NCBI GenBank assembly: GCA_963717505.1
Contig: OY970342.1
Span: 160,001 to 224,000, forward strand
Direction of reading: 5' to 3'
Origin: Candidatus Eiseniibacteriota bacterium
Lineage (GTDB): Bacteria; Eisenbacteria; RBG-16-71-46
Length of the DNA stretch: 64,000 bases
Shown: positions 1-9,774 of the stretch, in pieces
Layout of the letters: each line of letters begins with the position of its first letter
How positions within the stretch are numbered: position 1 is the first letter of the stretch
Translations under genes and position numbers: made by a program
The notes under the pieces: generated by a model
What the model was told of the DNA's origin: nothing
Seen by the model: the letters and a program-made list of their open reading frames with translations, nothing else
Databases searched by the model: none

Positions 1-2718
1 GACGGCAAACCGATCACCACCTGGTGTGACGAACGGCGACTCGACCTCCGGGCGCGGGTCGAGCTGTTCCTTCAGGTTTGCGACGCGGTGGAGTTCGCGC
101 ACCGCCAGCTGGTCGTCCACCGCGATCTCAAGCCCGACAACATCCTGGTCACGGACAGCGGCGAAGCGAAGCTGCTCGACTTCGGAATCGCAAAGCTGCT
201 CGAGGCGGGTGTCGAGGTCGCGATGACCGGCACGCAGGCCCGCGTCTTCACGCCCGCCTACGCGACTCCCGAGCAGTACCTGGGAGGCACGGTCACCGTA
301 GCCTCCGACGAATACCAGTTGGCACTCGTGCTCTACGAGATGTTGACCGGCCGCCGCGCCCATGGGGACGCGGCGCATTCGCCGCTGCAGCACCAACGCG
401 CGGTGCTCGAAACCGATCCTGAACGGCCGAGCCGCCGGGTCACTCGGGGTTCGGCCGCGACGCCCGCGGCGCCGTCCAAAGTCGATCCGCCCACGGACCA
501 CGCGCTGGCTGGTGCGCGCGCGACCACGGTCCCGGCCCTGGCCCGCTCCCTGGCCGGCGATCTCGACGCCATCGTGCTCAAGGCGCTCGAGCGCGAACCG
601 GCGCACCGCTATCCGACGGTCGAGGCGTTTCGGCGCGACCTCGAGGCCTGGTTGGCCGATCGACCGGTATCGGCGCGGCGCGCGACGTCGGGCTATCGAG
701 TGCGAAAGTTCGCGCGTCGCCATCGCGTGGCCCTGACCACCTCCGCCGTCGTCCTGGTCACGCTCGCGTCCGGCGTTGCCGGTGTCCTGATTCAGGCGCG
801 GGCGGCGGCGCGCGATCGCGACCTGGCGCGCGAGTCGGAGCGAAAGGCAACCGCGATCAACGACTTCGTGTTACGCGAGCTGCTGGAGTCGCCCACGCCC
901 GAGCGAGCACTCGGCCGCTCGCTGAGCGTCGCCGAAGTGCTGGCCAACGCGACCCGCACCGTCGGCCACGCCTTCCCCGGCGAACCGGGTATCGAGGCGG
1001 CGGTGCGCCTGACACTGGCGCGCAGTTACCAAGCTCTTGGGCGACTCGATCCTTCCAGGGAGCAGGCCGAAGCCGCGCTCGAGCTGCTGTCGACTCGGTC
1101 GCCCGATGCGCACGAGCGCATGGACGCGCGCGCGTTACTTGCGGAATTGGCGCTCGACCAGGGCAAGGCCAAGGAGGCACAGGGCGACTTCGAGAAGCTG
1201 CTTGCCGACCAGGAGAAGGCACTCGGGCCCGGTGATCCGGCGACCATCCGCAGTCGCGGACAAGTGGGTCAGGCACTGGCCGCGCAAGGGCACTGGTCAC
1301 GCGCCGACACGGCCCTCAGCGCCGCGCTGGCCGCGATGCCTGCGCCCGGCGACACGCCGTGGCAGCTCGCAGTGGATCTGCGGAGCTGGATTGCGGGCGT
1401 GTGGATCAGCCAGGGGCGAACCGCCGAGGCCGAGTCCCTGATTCAGGAGTGTCTTGCGATCGAGCGACGTCACCTGGGTCCCGATCATCCGCAGGTCGCG
1501 GCCTCGCTCCGACTATTGGCGGTGGCGCTCGGACGGGATCTGCGCGCCGAGGAGGCCGGCCGCGCGCTCGCCGACGTACTGAAGATGACCGTGCGTCTCT
1601 ATGGCGAGGATCATCCTGCGACCGGCGACGCCTACGCGTCACTCGCGGTGAATTTCGATTCACGCCTGATGCGCGATTCCTCCCTGGCGGCGGCGATCGA
1701 GGCAGCCCGCATCTACCGGCAGGCACTCGGCGCCGACCACCCGAAGACGTTGCGCATGATGCGCAACCAGGCCATCGACCTGCGCCGCGCGCGCCGTTTT
1801 CGCGAGGCCGATCAGGTCTACACCGAGGTGTATCGCAGCTGCGCCCGCACGTTGGGCCGCGACCATTGGCAGACCATCGAAGCGCTCAAGGGGCTCTCCT
1901 ACCTGCGTCTCGACGAAGGGCGCACCGAGGAGGGGCGCGACCTGGCGCGACAGGTGATCGCATCGTACGAGCGCATCGCGGCCGACCCCGACGCCGATCC
2001 GGCACGGCTCACCGAGTATGCGATCTATCTGGTCGAAGCCGAGCCGCCGGATGTCCGCGATCCGCAGCGCGCGGTGGCGGTCGCACGGCGCGCGGTGGAT
2101 GCGACGCAGCACGGCGACTACCTGGCGCTCCGAGCACTGGGATTCGCCCAGGACGCCGCGGGCAATCCCGAGGCAGCGATCGCCAGCTTGCGCGAGGCCC
2201 TGTCGTTGCCCGACGGGGTGCGCTCCTGGACGACCGAGGACAAGCTGGTCGAGGTGCTGGCGAGGCACCGGACGGCGGCCGAACTCGAGCGGGTGCTGCT
2301 CGGGCGTATCGAGGACCTACGCCGGCTGCGCGGCCCCGACGACCGCTACATCGCCAAGACCGAGCGACATCTCTCCCGCCTCTACCAGCGGCAGGGTCGC
2401 GACGACGACGCCGAGCGCATGGCCCGCGAGTCGCTGGGACAACTGCGCAAGACGCTGGCAGAAAACCACTGGGAAGTGGGCCGGGCCAAAGCGGATCTCG
2501 GCGCTCTGTTGGTCGCGCGACGCGCCTACGCCGAAGCGGAATCGCTTCTGGTGCAGGGATTCCGGATACTCGATGCCGATCCGGACATTCTGTCTTCGGT
2601 CATCGAGAACGTTCGAAGCTCGCTGGTGCGCTTGTACGAGGGCGCGGGTCGCCCGGCCGAGGCGCGGGCCTGGCGGGCTCGGATCATTTCCGGACACCCC
2701 GCCACTCCACCCCTTTAG
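1..2718 (+). CDS. Hanks-type Ser/Thr protein kinase with TM segment and C-terminal TPR repeats (5' end outside window)
   Basis: Frame open from base 1 (DGKPITTWCD...); HRDLKPDN catalytic loop, DFG, TPAYATPEQ; hydrophobic segment ALTTSAVVLVTLASGVAGVLI; repeated 'LGxDHP' TPR units. Confidence 0.93.
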   Translation, partial: DGKPITTWCDERRLDLRARVELFLQVCDAVEFAHRQLVVHRDLKPDNILVTDSGEAKLLDFGIAKLLEAGVEVAMTGTQARVFTPAYATPEQYLGGTVTVASDEYQLALVLYEMLTGRRAHGDAAHSPLQHQRAVLETDPERPSRRVTRGSAATPAAPSKVDPPTDHALAGARATTVPALARSLAGDLDAIVLKALEREPAHRYPTVEAFRRDLEAWLADRPVSARRATSGYRVRKFARRHRVALTTSAVVLVTLASGVAGVLIQARAAARDRDLARESERKATAINDFVLRELLESPTPERALGRSLSVAEVLANATRTVGHAFPGEPGIEAAVRLTLARSYQALGRLDPSREQAEAALELLSTRSPDAHERMDARALLAELALDQGKAKEAQGDFEKLLADQEKALGPGDPATIRSRGQVGQALAAQGHWSRADTALSAALAAMPAPGDTPWQLAVDLRSWIAGVWISQGRTAEAESLIQECLAIERRHLGPDHPQVAASLRLLAVALGRDLRAEEAGRALADVLKMTVRLYGEDHPATGDAYASLAVNFDSRLMRDSSLAAAIEAARIYRQALGADHPKTLRMMRNQAIDLRRARRFREADQVYTEVYRSCARTLGRDHWQTIEALKGLSYLRLDEGRTEEGRDLARQVIASYERIAADPDADPARLTEYAIYLVEAEPPDVRDPQRAVAVARRAVDATQHGDYLALRALGFAQDAAGNPEAAIASLREALSLPDGVRSWTTEDKLVEVLARHRTAAELERVLLGRIEDLRRLRGPDDRYIAKTERHLSRLYQRQGRDDDAERMARESLGQLRKTLAENHWEVGRAKADLGALLVARRAYAEAESLLVQGFRILDADPDILSSVIENVRSSLVRLYEGAGRPAEARAWRARIISGHPATPPL

Positions 2719-2751
2719 TCTCGAGCCGCCTCGGCCTAGCCTCCGCCGAGT

Positions 2752-3321
2752 TCATCGGTCGATCTCCCCCGCCAGTAGCTGGTGCAGCAGGGCGCGCGCC
2801 TTTCGCCAATCGCGCCTCACCGTGCGCTCGTCGCGTCCGATCGCCTCCGCCACTTCGGCCTCGGCGAGCCCGGCGAAGAAGCGCAACTCGACCACCAGCG
2901 ACAGGCGCGGGTCGATCTCGGCGAGCTTGCCGAGCGCGTCGTCGATCGCCAGGACCTCGTCGGAGCGATCGCCGGGCGCCGGCAGTTGGCTGTCGAGGTC
3001 GACGCGGACTCGATCGCCGCCGCGCTTGAGACTCGCGCGCTTGCGGGCATGATCGACCGCGATCTGCCGCATCGCCCGCGCCGCCACGGCGAAGAAGTGC
3101 TGGCGATCCGCGAACGCGAGGCGGGACCGATCGAACAGCTTGAGATAGGCCTCGTGGACCAGGGCCGTCGTGCCCAGCGTCGGATCGGACCGGCCACGGG
3201 ACAGCCGACGGCTCGCGAGGCCCCGAAGCTCCTGATACACCAGCGGCAATAGCTGGTCGATCGCGGACCGATCGCCGCCGCGGGCGCGCTGGAGCAGCTG
3301 TGTGACGTCGGAGCTGGTCAC
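2752..3321 (-). CDS. ECF sigma factor, kinase-associated type (ECF43/TIGR02999-like)
   Basis: VTQLL...LLPLVYQELRGLA, TLGTTALVHEAYLKL, RHFFAVAARAMR-like region, LRFFAGL..EVAEAIG..ERTVRRDWRKAR region 4. Confidence 0.92.
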   Translation of the reverse strand: MTSSDVTQLLQRARGGDRSAIDQLLPLVYQELRGLASRRLSRGRSDPTLGTTALVHEAYLKLFDRSRLAFADRQHFFAVAARAMRQIAVDHARKRASLKRGGDRVRVDLDSQLPAPGDRSDEVLAIDDALGKLAEIDPRLSLVVELRFFAGLAEAEVAEAIGRDERTVRRDWRKARALLHQLLAGEIDR

Positions 3322-3414
3322 GGAGCCTCGCGCGAGGTCGAGACGCGGAGTCCAACCGCCCAGGGCCGAGCCCTGGGTGCGTTCACATCGATCGCTCCCT
3401 CGAAGCGTCGATCC

Positions 3415-3918
3415 CTACTCGCCAGCCATCAGCGACTTGCCGACCGGCTCCCACAACGACGTGAGCGCGGCCATCTGGTCGGGCTTCAAACCCTTGCTGG
3501 TCGCCGCACCCGTCAATGCCTGCCCCACACCGGCCACCGCGTCCGCGTTGAGATTCTTGCCCGAGAGTGCGGCCAGCAGGTCGGCACCGCTGCCGGTCGT
3601 GGCCTGACCGGCGGCCTTCGCGATCGAATTGTAGAGCCCGTCTTTGGCCGTCACGATGTCTGCAGCGCTCAGGGCTTGCGCGATCATCGGGTTCGCGCTC
3701 AGGTTGGTGCCGAACTGATCGGCGAGTGACGTGACGCCGGCCGAACCACCGAGTGACTGGTACAGCGATGCGGCGCCGGTCGCGGCGGCGGTGGCGCTGG
3801 CGGCCATCGACGAAGAAGACGAACCCGCCGTGCTGGTCTTGTTCGAGCTGGAGCAGCCTGCGAGCAGTGAAACCGCCAGAACCAGAACCCCCAGCGGGCG
3901 AAGCGTGCGGGACTGCAT
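3415..3918 (-). CDS. Lipoprotein with group-I truncated-globin-like domain lacking histidine
   Basis: Lipobox LLAGC, Ser/Ala linker, then SLYQSLGGSAGVTSLADQF resembling the trHbN SLYxRLGG start; GAGG RBS upstream. Confidence 0.7.
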   Translation of the reverse strand: MQSRTLRPLGVLVLAVSLLAGCSSSNKTSTAGSSSSSMAASATAAATGAASLYQSLGGSAGVTSLADQFGTNLSANPMIAQALSAADIVTAKDGLYNSIAKAAGQATTGSGADLLAALSGKNLNADAVAGVGQALTGAATSKGLKPDQMAALTSLWEPVGKSLMAGE

Positions 3919-4057
3919 GGCGAACCTCCGAGGTAAGGGAACTCGGCTCCCGCCTTCAGGAGCCAGGGGAGCCTACACCCGGCGGCCTTGCGCGCGGCAA
4001 CGCGGGGCTTCATCCTGGTGTCCTCCCCGTTGAAATCAGGCCATCCGGAGGCCCCAA

Positions 4058-5212
4058 TTGCGCTCGCTCGTCGTTGTTGTCTGCTCGCTCGCGTCCCTGA
4101 TGCCGGCCACCAGCGGCGCTCAGGAACCCAGCGCATTCGTCGTCCGTCTGGGCGGCGACACCCTTTCCCTGGAACAGTTCACCCGCACACCAGCCCAGGT
4201 CCGAGGTGAATACGTCTTCCGCACGCCACGCAGCCTCTACCGCACCTACTTCATGGACTTGAACGCCGACGGCACCGTGCGCCGCTTCGAGCTGGTCACC
4301 CGCACGCTCGGCGTCGAGCCTGCCCCGCCTGTGTCCCGCGCCACCATCGAGTTCAAGGGCGACAGTGCGATCATGGTCACGCCACGCGGCGACAGCAGCG
4401 TGACGCGCACCATCGCTGCAGCCAAGGGCGCCGTGCCTTCGCTCAATGGCGTCATGGGGATCATGGATCAGATCGCGCGGCAGTATCGGGCAGCGGGTCG
4501 CGACACGCTGAAGCTCGACCTGGTCGCTCCGGGGGCGTCGCAGGTGCTCAAGGGCACCGTGACCCGGAGGAGCGCTGACAAGCTGCATCTGGACGTCGAG
4601 ACCTCGGTCGGCAAGATCCCGCCGTTCGTTCTCACCCTCGATCCGCAGGGAGGGCTCAAAGAATTCAGTGGCAAAGGCAGTGTGTTCCAGGCCGAAGGCG
4701 AGCGTATCAAGAACGTGAACCTAGTGGCGGCCACGGCGTTGTTCGAGTACCGGCCGCTCGGCGCGCTCTCGACGCGCGACACGGCGCGCGTGGCGTTCGG
4801 CGACTCGGCACTCTGGGTCGACTACGGGCGCCCGCAGAAGCGCGGCCGTGACATCTTTGGCGGCGTGGTGGCGTGGAACGAGGTGTGGCGCACCGGGGCC
4901 AATGCCGCGACTCAGTTCCACACCTCGGTCGAAATCGTGGTCGGCGAAGCCACGGTCCCGGCGGGCACCTATTCGCTGTGGACCGTGCCGTCCCCTACCG
5001 GTTGGAAGCTGATCATCAACCGTCAGTTCGGCCAGTGGGGCACGCAGTACGACGCGTCCCGCGACCTGGCTCGCGTCGATATGAAGGCCGAGACGCTCGC
5101 AACCCCGGTCGAGATGCTCACGATCGAGCTGGCGCCCGAGGGCGACGGGGTGACCCTCAAGATTTCGTGGGACAAGACACGCGTGTCGGTGCCGCTTCGT
5201 AAGAAGGCATAG
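4058..5212 (+). CDS. Secreted DUF2911-domain protein
   Basis: Signal peptide; C-terminal VDYGRPQKRGRDIFGG..WRTGANAAT..PAGTYSLWTVP..QWGTQYD. Confidence 0.85.
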   Translation: MRSLVVVVCSLASLMPATSGAQEPSAFVVRLGGDTLSLEQFTRTPAQVRGEYVFRTPRSLYRTYFMDLNADGTVRRFELVTRTLGVEPAPPVSRATIEFKGDSAIMVTPRGDSSVTRTIAAAKGAVPSLNGVMGIMDQIARQYRAAGRDTLKLDLVAPGASQVLKGTVTRRSADKLHLDVETSVGKIPPFVLTLDPQGGLKEFSGKGSVFQAEGERIKNVNLVAATALFEYRPLGALSTRDTARVAFGDSALWVDYGRPQKRGRDIFGGVVAWNEVWRTGANAATQFHTSVEIVVGEATVPAGTYSLWTVPSPTGWKLIINRQFGQWGTQYDASRDLARVDMKAETLATPVEMLTIELAPEGDGVTLKISWDKTRVSVPLRKKA

Positions 5213-5286
5213 TGAGCGCCCTCCCCCGACCCGGCCCATCGGGCCGGACGAGGGAGGGCGTGGTGTCTGCTCAGGCGCCGCGTCGG

Positions 5287-6597
5287 TTACTGCGGAACGT
5301 CTCCGCCTCCCCGCGCGTTGTTGATCGCGCGGTAGAGTTCTGTGGCGCCCGCCACATCGGAGTCCCCGGCCGGAGCGCGCGCACCCGATGCCATGCGCGC
5401 CGCGGGCCCGGTGCGGTCGACGATCAACGACTCGCCGTACCACTGTAGCGATGCCATCAGTTCCGCATGGCCGACGATGCCCTTGCCGCTGAAGTGGTTC
5501 AGCTCGGTCACGAACAACTCCCTGCGCAGGTCCTCGATCGGATCCTTCGGCTTCTTGTCCAGAAGGTCGAGCGCTTCCTGGAACTCGGAGCCAGGGGTGA
5601 ACTGGTACACATCGGAGAAGAAGGCGCCTTCGATCTGGTTGAGGAGCGCGATGAGGCTGGCGGGTGTGAAGCCATCCTGGCTCTTGCCCTTCTTCGCATC
5701 TTTGAACACCTTGATCCAGAACTTCGCCGGAACGCCGGTGCTGGTCAGGACGCCCTCGTTGAGATCGGTGGTCAGTTCAGCGGTCTGCGGCTTGAAGCCG
5801 AAGTCGACGGTGGCGTCGGGACCGAGCGTGATGCCGACCGAAGTCGCCGTGGTCGCTGAGAACGACTGGAACAGGTCCTCGTTGAAGTCGCTGGCCGCAG
5901 TGGTGGCGTCGATACGCACCGTGTACGTGCCGTCGAGCCGGCGGAACGAGTAGCTGCCGTTGGCGTCGGTCGTGGCGCTCGCCGTGCCAGCGCCATCGAC
6001 CAGCGTAACCGTCACACCGACCTGTCCGGGCTCATCGGCGGGATCCTGGCTGCCGTTCCCGTCGGAATCCACGAAGACAATGCCCTCGATCACGAAGCCG
6101 CCGCACGGGCCGGGCACCACGGCGGTGTCGAATCCGTGGCCGGCCTTGACTGCGACGCGCGTCAGACCCTCCGGGACGTCGCCCGAGAATTTGATCGAAT
6201 AGGTTCGCGACGCGTTGGTCCCCAACGATTGGCTCCACTTGACGCCGTACCAGCAGGTGATCGGGTCGTTGCCAATCGATGCGCCCGACGGCGACGAATA
6301 CACCACCGCCGGCGCACAAGGCGGGAGCTGGATTACGAAGTTGCTGAGCGTGGGGTCGCAGCCAGTGCCACTCACCGTGTAGGTGAAGGTGGTCTTGCCG
6401 CTGGCCACGGTGCGGCCGTCGTAGCGGACGCTGTAGCCGCGGACGATGACGCTCGGGCCGAACGTCAGGGGGGCGGATCCCTCGAAGTCTGAAATGCCGC
6501 TGGATTCCGGTGCCGGCGACATCGGCGTCTGCTGGCGGGAACAGCTCGTGAGAAGCAGAGTTAGCGTGGACAAAGCAAGCAACAGGCCCTTGCGCAT
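5287..6597 (-). CDS. Lipoprotein with SdrD B-like Ig domain
   Basis: MRKGLLLALSTLTLLLTSC lipobox; GIVFVDSDGNGSQDPADEPG..GVTVTL..TTDANGSYSF. Confidence 0.8.
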   Translation of the reverse strand: MRKGLLLALSTLTLLLTSCSRQQTPMSPAPESSGISDFEGSAPLTFGPSVIVRGYSVRYDGRTVASGKTTFTYTVSGTGCDPTLSNFVIQLPPCAPAVVYSSPSGASIGNDPITCWYGVKWSQSLGTNASRTYSIKFSGDVPEGLTRVAVKAGHGFDTAVVPGPCGGFVIEGIVFVDSDGNGSQDPADEPGQVGVTVTLVDGAGTASATTDANGSYSFRRLDGTYTVRIDATTAASDFNEDLFQSFSATTATSVGITLGPDATVDFGFKPQTAELTTDLNEGVLTSTGVPAKFWIKVFKDAKKGKSQDGFTPASLIALLNQIEGAFFSDVYQFTPGSEFQEALDLLDKKPKDPIEDLRRELFVTELNHFSGKGIVGHAELMASLQWYGESLIVDRTGPAARMASGARAPAGDSDVAGATELYRAINNARGGGDVPQ

Positions 6598-6742
6598 GGT
6601 AGGTAATTCTCCTGGGTGGGGGGCCCAAAGGGGGTGTGATTGCGTAAACCGCAGCCCAACACGGTATTCAATCATCCCTCACGCCGTCAACGAGTTTCGC
6701 GATTCTGGCGAGCATTGGCGGCTGCATGTAGGCTCGGCGGCC

Positions 6743-9361
6743 ATGTTCTCCTCGGAAGACCAGCCGACCGTCGGACCACCGCGTCCGGCGGCGAAACCCA
6801 CGCCGCCCATGGAAGACGACGAAACGGTCTCGATTCGGCCGGGAAACATCGCTTCCGGGCTCACGGAATCTTCCTCCGGCCGCTACCAGTTGCTACAACG
6901 CATCGGCTCGGGCGGCATGGGCGAAGTCTTCGAGGCCCAGCAGGTCGAGCCGATCCGCCGGCGCGTCGCGCTCAAGCTGATCAAGCGCGGCATGGACACC
7001 GAAGCGGTGGTCGCACGCTTCGAGTCCGAGCGCCAGGCCCTTGCGCTCATGGATCACGAGTGCATCGCCAAGGTGTTCGACGCCGGGATGACCGCCGACG
7101 GGCGGCCGTTCTTTGCGATGGAATACGTCAAGGGCATTCCGGTCACCGACTACTGCGACCAGAACCAGCTCGGCATCCGCAAGCGCCTCGAACTGTTCCT
7201 GCAGATCACCGAGGGGGTCCAGCACGCCCACCAGAAAGGGATCATCCACCGCGATCTGAAACCTTCGAACGTCCTGATCACGGTCCATGAGAATCGTGCG
7301 GTACCCAAGATCATCGACTTCGGGCTGGCCAAGGCCACTGCGCAGTCGCTGACCGATCGGGTCTTGTTCACCGAGATCGGCGAGCTGATGGGAACCCCGG
7401 AGTACATGAGCCCCGAGCAGGCCGAGCGGACTGGGCTCGACGTCGACACCCGCACCGACGTGTATTCGCTCGGGGTGTTGCTGTACGAACTGCTGGCCGG
7501 TGCGCTCCCGTTCGATTCCAAGAGTTTGCGCGAAGGCTCACTCGACGACGTCCGCCGCCGATTGCGCGAGATCGATCCGCCGACGCCCAGCACCCGGGTG
7601 ACCACGCTCAGACTGAGTCCTGAAGAGGCCAAGCGGCGTTCGGTCCCGTTGAGCGCGCTCTCGCGGCAGCTCCGCGGCGATCTGGACTGGATCGTCATGC
7701 GGGCGATGGAGAAGGACCGCACGCGCCGCTATGCGTCGGCCTCGGAACTGGCGGCCGACATCGTGCGCCACTTGAACGACGAGCCGGTGCTCGCCGGCCC
7801 CCCCGGACGCCGCTACCGGATCGAGAAGTTCGTCCGGCGCCACAAGGTCGAAGTCGCTACCGGTGCGGCGGTGTCGGCGGCACTGCTGCTCGGTTTGATC
7901 GGGACCGTGATTGGATTCGTCCGCGCCCGTCAGGCGGAACGAATAGCCACCGAAGAAGCCGAGACCGCGCGACAGATCTCGGACTTTCTGGTCGGCATGT
8001 TCCAGGTGGCTGACCCCGAGTCGACGCTGGGCAACACCATCACCGTTCGCGAGATTCTCGACCGTGGCGCCGTGCGCATCGAGCACGGCTTGAACGATCG
8101 ACCGCGGCTCCAGGCGCGTCTGCTCGAAACCATGGGCCAGGTGTACAAGAGCCTGGGCCTGTACTCGGCCTCGCAGCCCCTGCTCGAGCGATCGCTCGCG
8201 ACTCGTCGCAACCTGCTGGGCGAGATCCATCCCGAGGTCGCGCTGTCGCAAACCGCACTCGGGGATCTCATGCGCGTGGCCGGTAATCTCTCGGCCGCGG
8301 AGTCGCTGCTCACCAGGGCCCTGGCCACACAGGAGAAGCTACTTGGCCCCGAGCACCTGACAGTCGCCTCCACGCTGGTCGATCTCGGATCGGTGTACGT
8401 GGCGCAGGGCAAGTTCAAGGAGGCCGAACCGCTGCTCGAGCGTTCGCTGGCGATCCGCGAGCGACTGCTGCCGCCCGAGCATCCGGACCTCGGGCGCAGC
8501 CTGAGCGAGCTGGGCATCCTGCGCTGGCGCCAGGGAAAGTACGCCGACGCCGAAGCCTTGCTCGGCCGCGCAATCACAGTTTGGGAGAAGAGCCGCGGGC
8601 CCGATCATCCGGATGTCGCGCGCGCCCTCAACAATCTCGCGATCGTGCTGCGCAACGCCGGCAAGCCGAACGCCGCGGTGCCGCTCTACCAGCGGGCACT
8701 CGCCATCTACGAGAAGGCACTCGGCCCCGAACACCCGCGTGTCGCGACGACACTCAACAACCTGGGGCTCGTGCTCTACAGTCAGGGCGACTACGCAGCG
8801 GCCGCACCGATGTTCGAGCGCGCACTCGCGATCCAGGAAAAGGTGCTGTCCCCGGACCATCCGAACCTGGCGGCGACGCTCAACAACCTAGCCAACCTGA
8901 GGAAAGCGCAGAAGAACTACCCCGCCGCGCGCGCCCTGCTTCAGCGCGCGCTCGCGATCCGCGAAAAGTCGCTCGGTCCGGATCACCCCGACGTGGCGTG
9001 GAGCATCGGCGACCTGGGGATCTTGATGCGCGAACAGGGCGACTACGCGGGCGCCGAGGTGCAGTTTCGTACGGCACTGGCGACGTTCGAGCGGATCGGC
9101 CAGCAGGACGGCGTGGCGTGGACGCTGAACGACATGGCTCTACTGAATCAGCGTCGCGGCGACACAGCCACTGCGGAGAGCTACTTCCAGCGCGCGATCG
9201 CGACCTTCGAGGCCAACGTCAGCACCTCGCACCCGGATCTCGCGGAGTTCCTCGACAACTATGCCGGGCTGCTCCGACAGTCCGGTCGATCGGCCGAAGC
9301 CGAGCCATTGGCCAAGCGGGCGGCGGCGATCCGGAGCGGACAGCCGGCGATCTCGAGCTAG
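6743..9361 (+). CDS. Hanks-type Ser/Thr protein kinase with TM segment and TPR repeats
   Basis: IGSGGMGEV, VALKLIK, HRDLKPSN, DFG, GTPEYMSPEQ, DVYSLG; TM helix; many 'LGPxHPxVAxxLNNL' repeats. Start could also be ATG 6809. Confidence 0.95.
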   Translation: MFSSEDQPTVGPPRPAAKPTPPMEDDETVSIRPGNIASGLTESSSGRYQLLQRIGSGGMGEVFEAQQVEPIRRRVALKLIKRGMDTEAVVARFESERQALALMDHECIAKVFDAGMTADGRPFFAMEYVKGIPVTDYCDQNQLGIRKRLELFLQITEGVQHAHQKGIIHRDLKPSNVLITVHENRAVPKIIDFGLAKATAQSLTDRVLFTEIGELMGTPEYMSPEQAERTGLDVDTRTDVYSLGVLLYELLAGALPFDSKSLREGSLDDVRRRLREIDPPTPSTRVTTLRLSPEEAKRRSVPLSALSRQLRGDLDWIVMRAMEKDRTRRYASASELAADIVRHLNDEPVLAGPPGRRYRIEKFVRRHKVEVATGAAVSAALLLGLIGTVIGFVRARQAERIATEEAETARQISDFLVGMFQVADPESTLGNTITVREILDRGAVRIEHGLNDRPRLQARLLETMGQVYKSLGLYSASQPLLERSLATRRNLLGEIHPEVALSQTALGDLMRVAGNLSAAESLLTRALATQEKLLGPEHLTVASTLVDLGSVYVAQGKFKEAEPLLERSLAIRERLLPPEHPDLGRSLSELGILRWRQGKYADAEALLGRAITVWEKSRGPDHPDVARALNNLAIVLRNAGKPNAAVPLYQRALAIYEKALGPEHPRVATTLNNLGLVLYSQGDYAAAAPMFERALAIQEKVLSPDHPNLAATLNNLANLRKAQKNYPAARALLQRALAIREKSLGPDHPDVAWSIGDLGILMREQGDYAGAEVQFRTALATFERIGQQDGVAWTLNDMALLNQRRGDTATAESYFQRAIATFEANVSTSHPDLAEFLDNYAGLLRQSGRSAEAEPLAKRAAAIRSGQPAISS

Positions 9362-9630
9362 CGTTCTCCGAATCGCACCCGAGCCCGCTCGCGTGCCCGC
9401 TGCGCTTCGACCTCGCGATCACGTGGGGGTGCGGTGGTCACCATCGAGTCGAGCAATCGGTGCGCGACGCGGGTGACGTCGTCCACCGCGCGGTCGAACG
9501 CTTTCTCGTTGGCGCGCGACGGCTTGGTCGTGCCGCTCAGTTTGCGGACGAACTGCAGACAGGCCGCGCGGACTTCCTCGTCGGTGGCCGGCGGATCGAA
9601 GTTGAACAGGGTCTTGATGTTCCGGCACAT
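9358..9630 (-). CDS. DUF2277 family small protein
   Basis: MCRNIKTLFNFDPPATDEEVRAA.LQFVRKLSG signature. Confidence 0.9.
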   Translation of the reverse strand: MCRNIKTLFNFDPPATDEEVRAACLQFVRKLSGTTKPSRANEKAFDRAVDDVTRVAHRLLDSMVTTAPPRDREVEAQRARERARVRFGER

Positions 9631-9774
9631 GGCGTTCCTCGTGGATCTGGGTCGTTACGAACTCCGTGCAGTACCTTCCCGGCTCGCGCGCTATTCTAGC
9701 CGAACCCGAGCTCACCGAAACCCGGAGCGACGAACCCCGCCGGTCCGCGCGGGACCAACCCAGGAGCCATCCCG

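Noticed and set aside
1359-3029. 556-aa ORF overlapping the kinase, and similar long alternative-frame ORFs (32818-35907, 39660-41921, 11655-13055)
   Set aside because: Arg/Gly/Pro-rich shadow frames expected in high-GC DNA; the overlapping frames carry recognisable motifs
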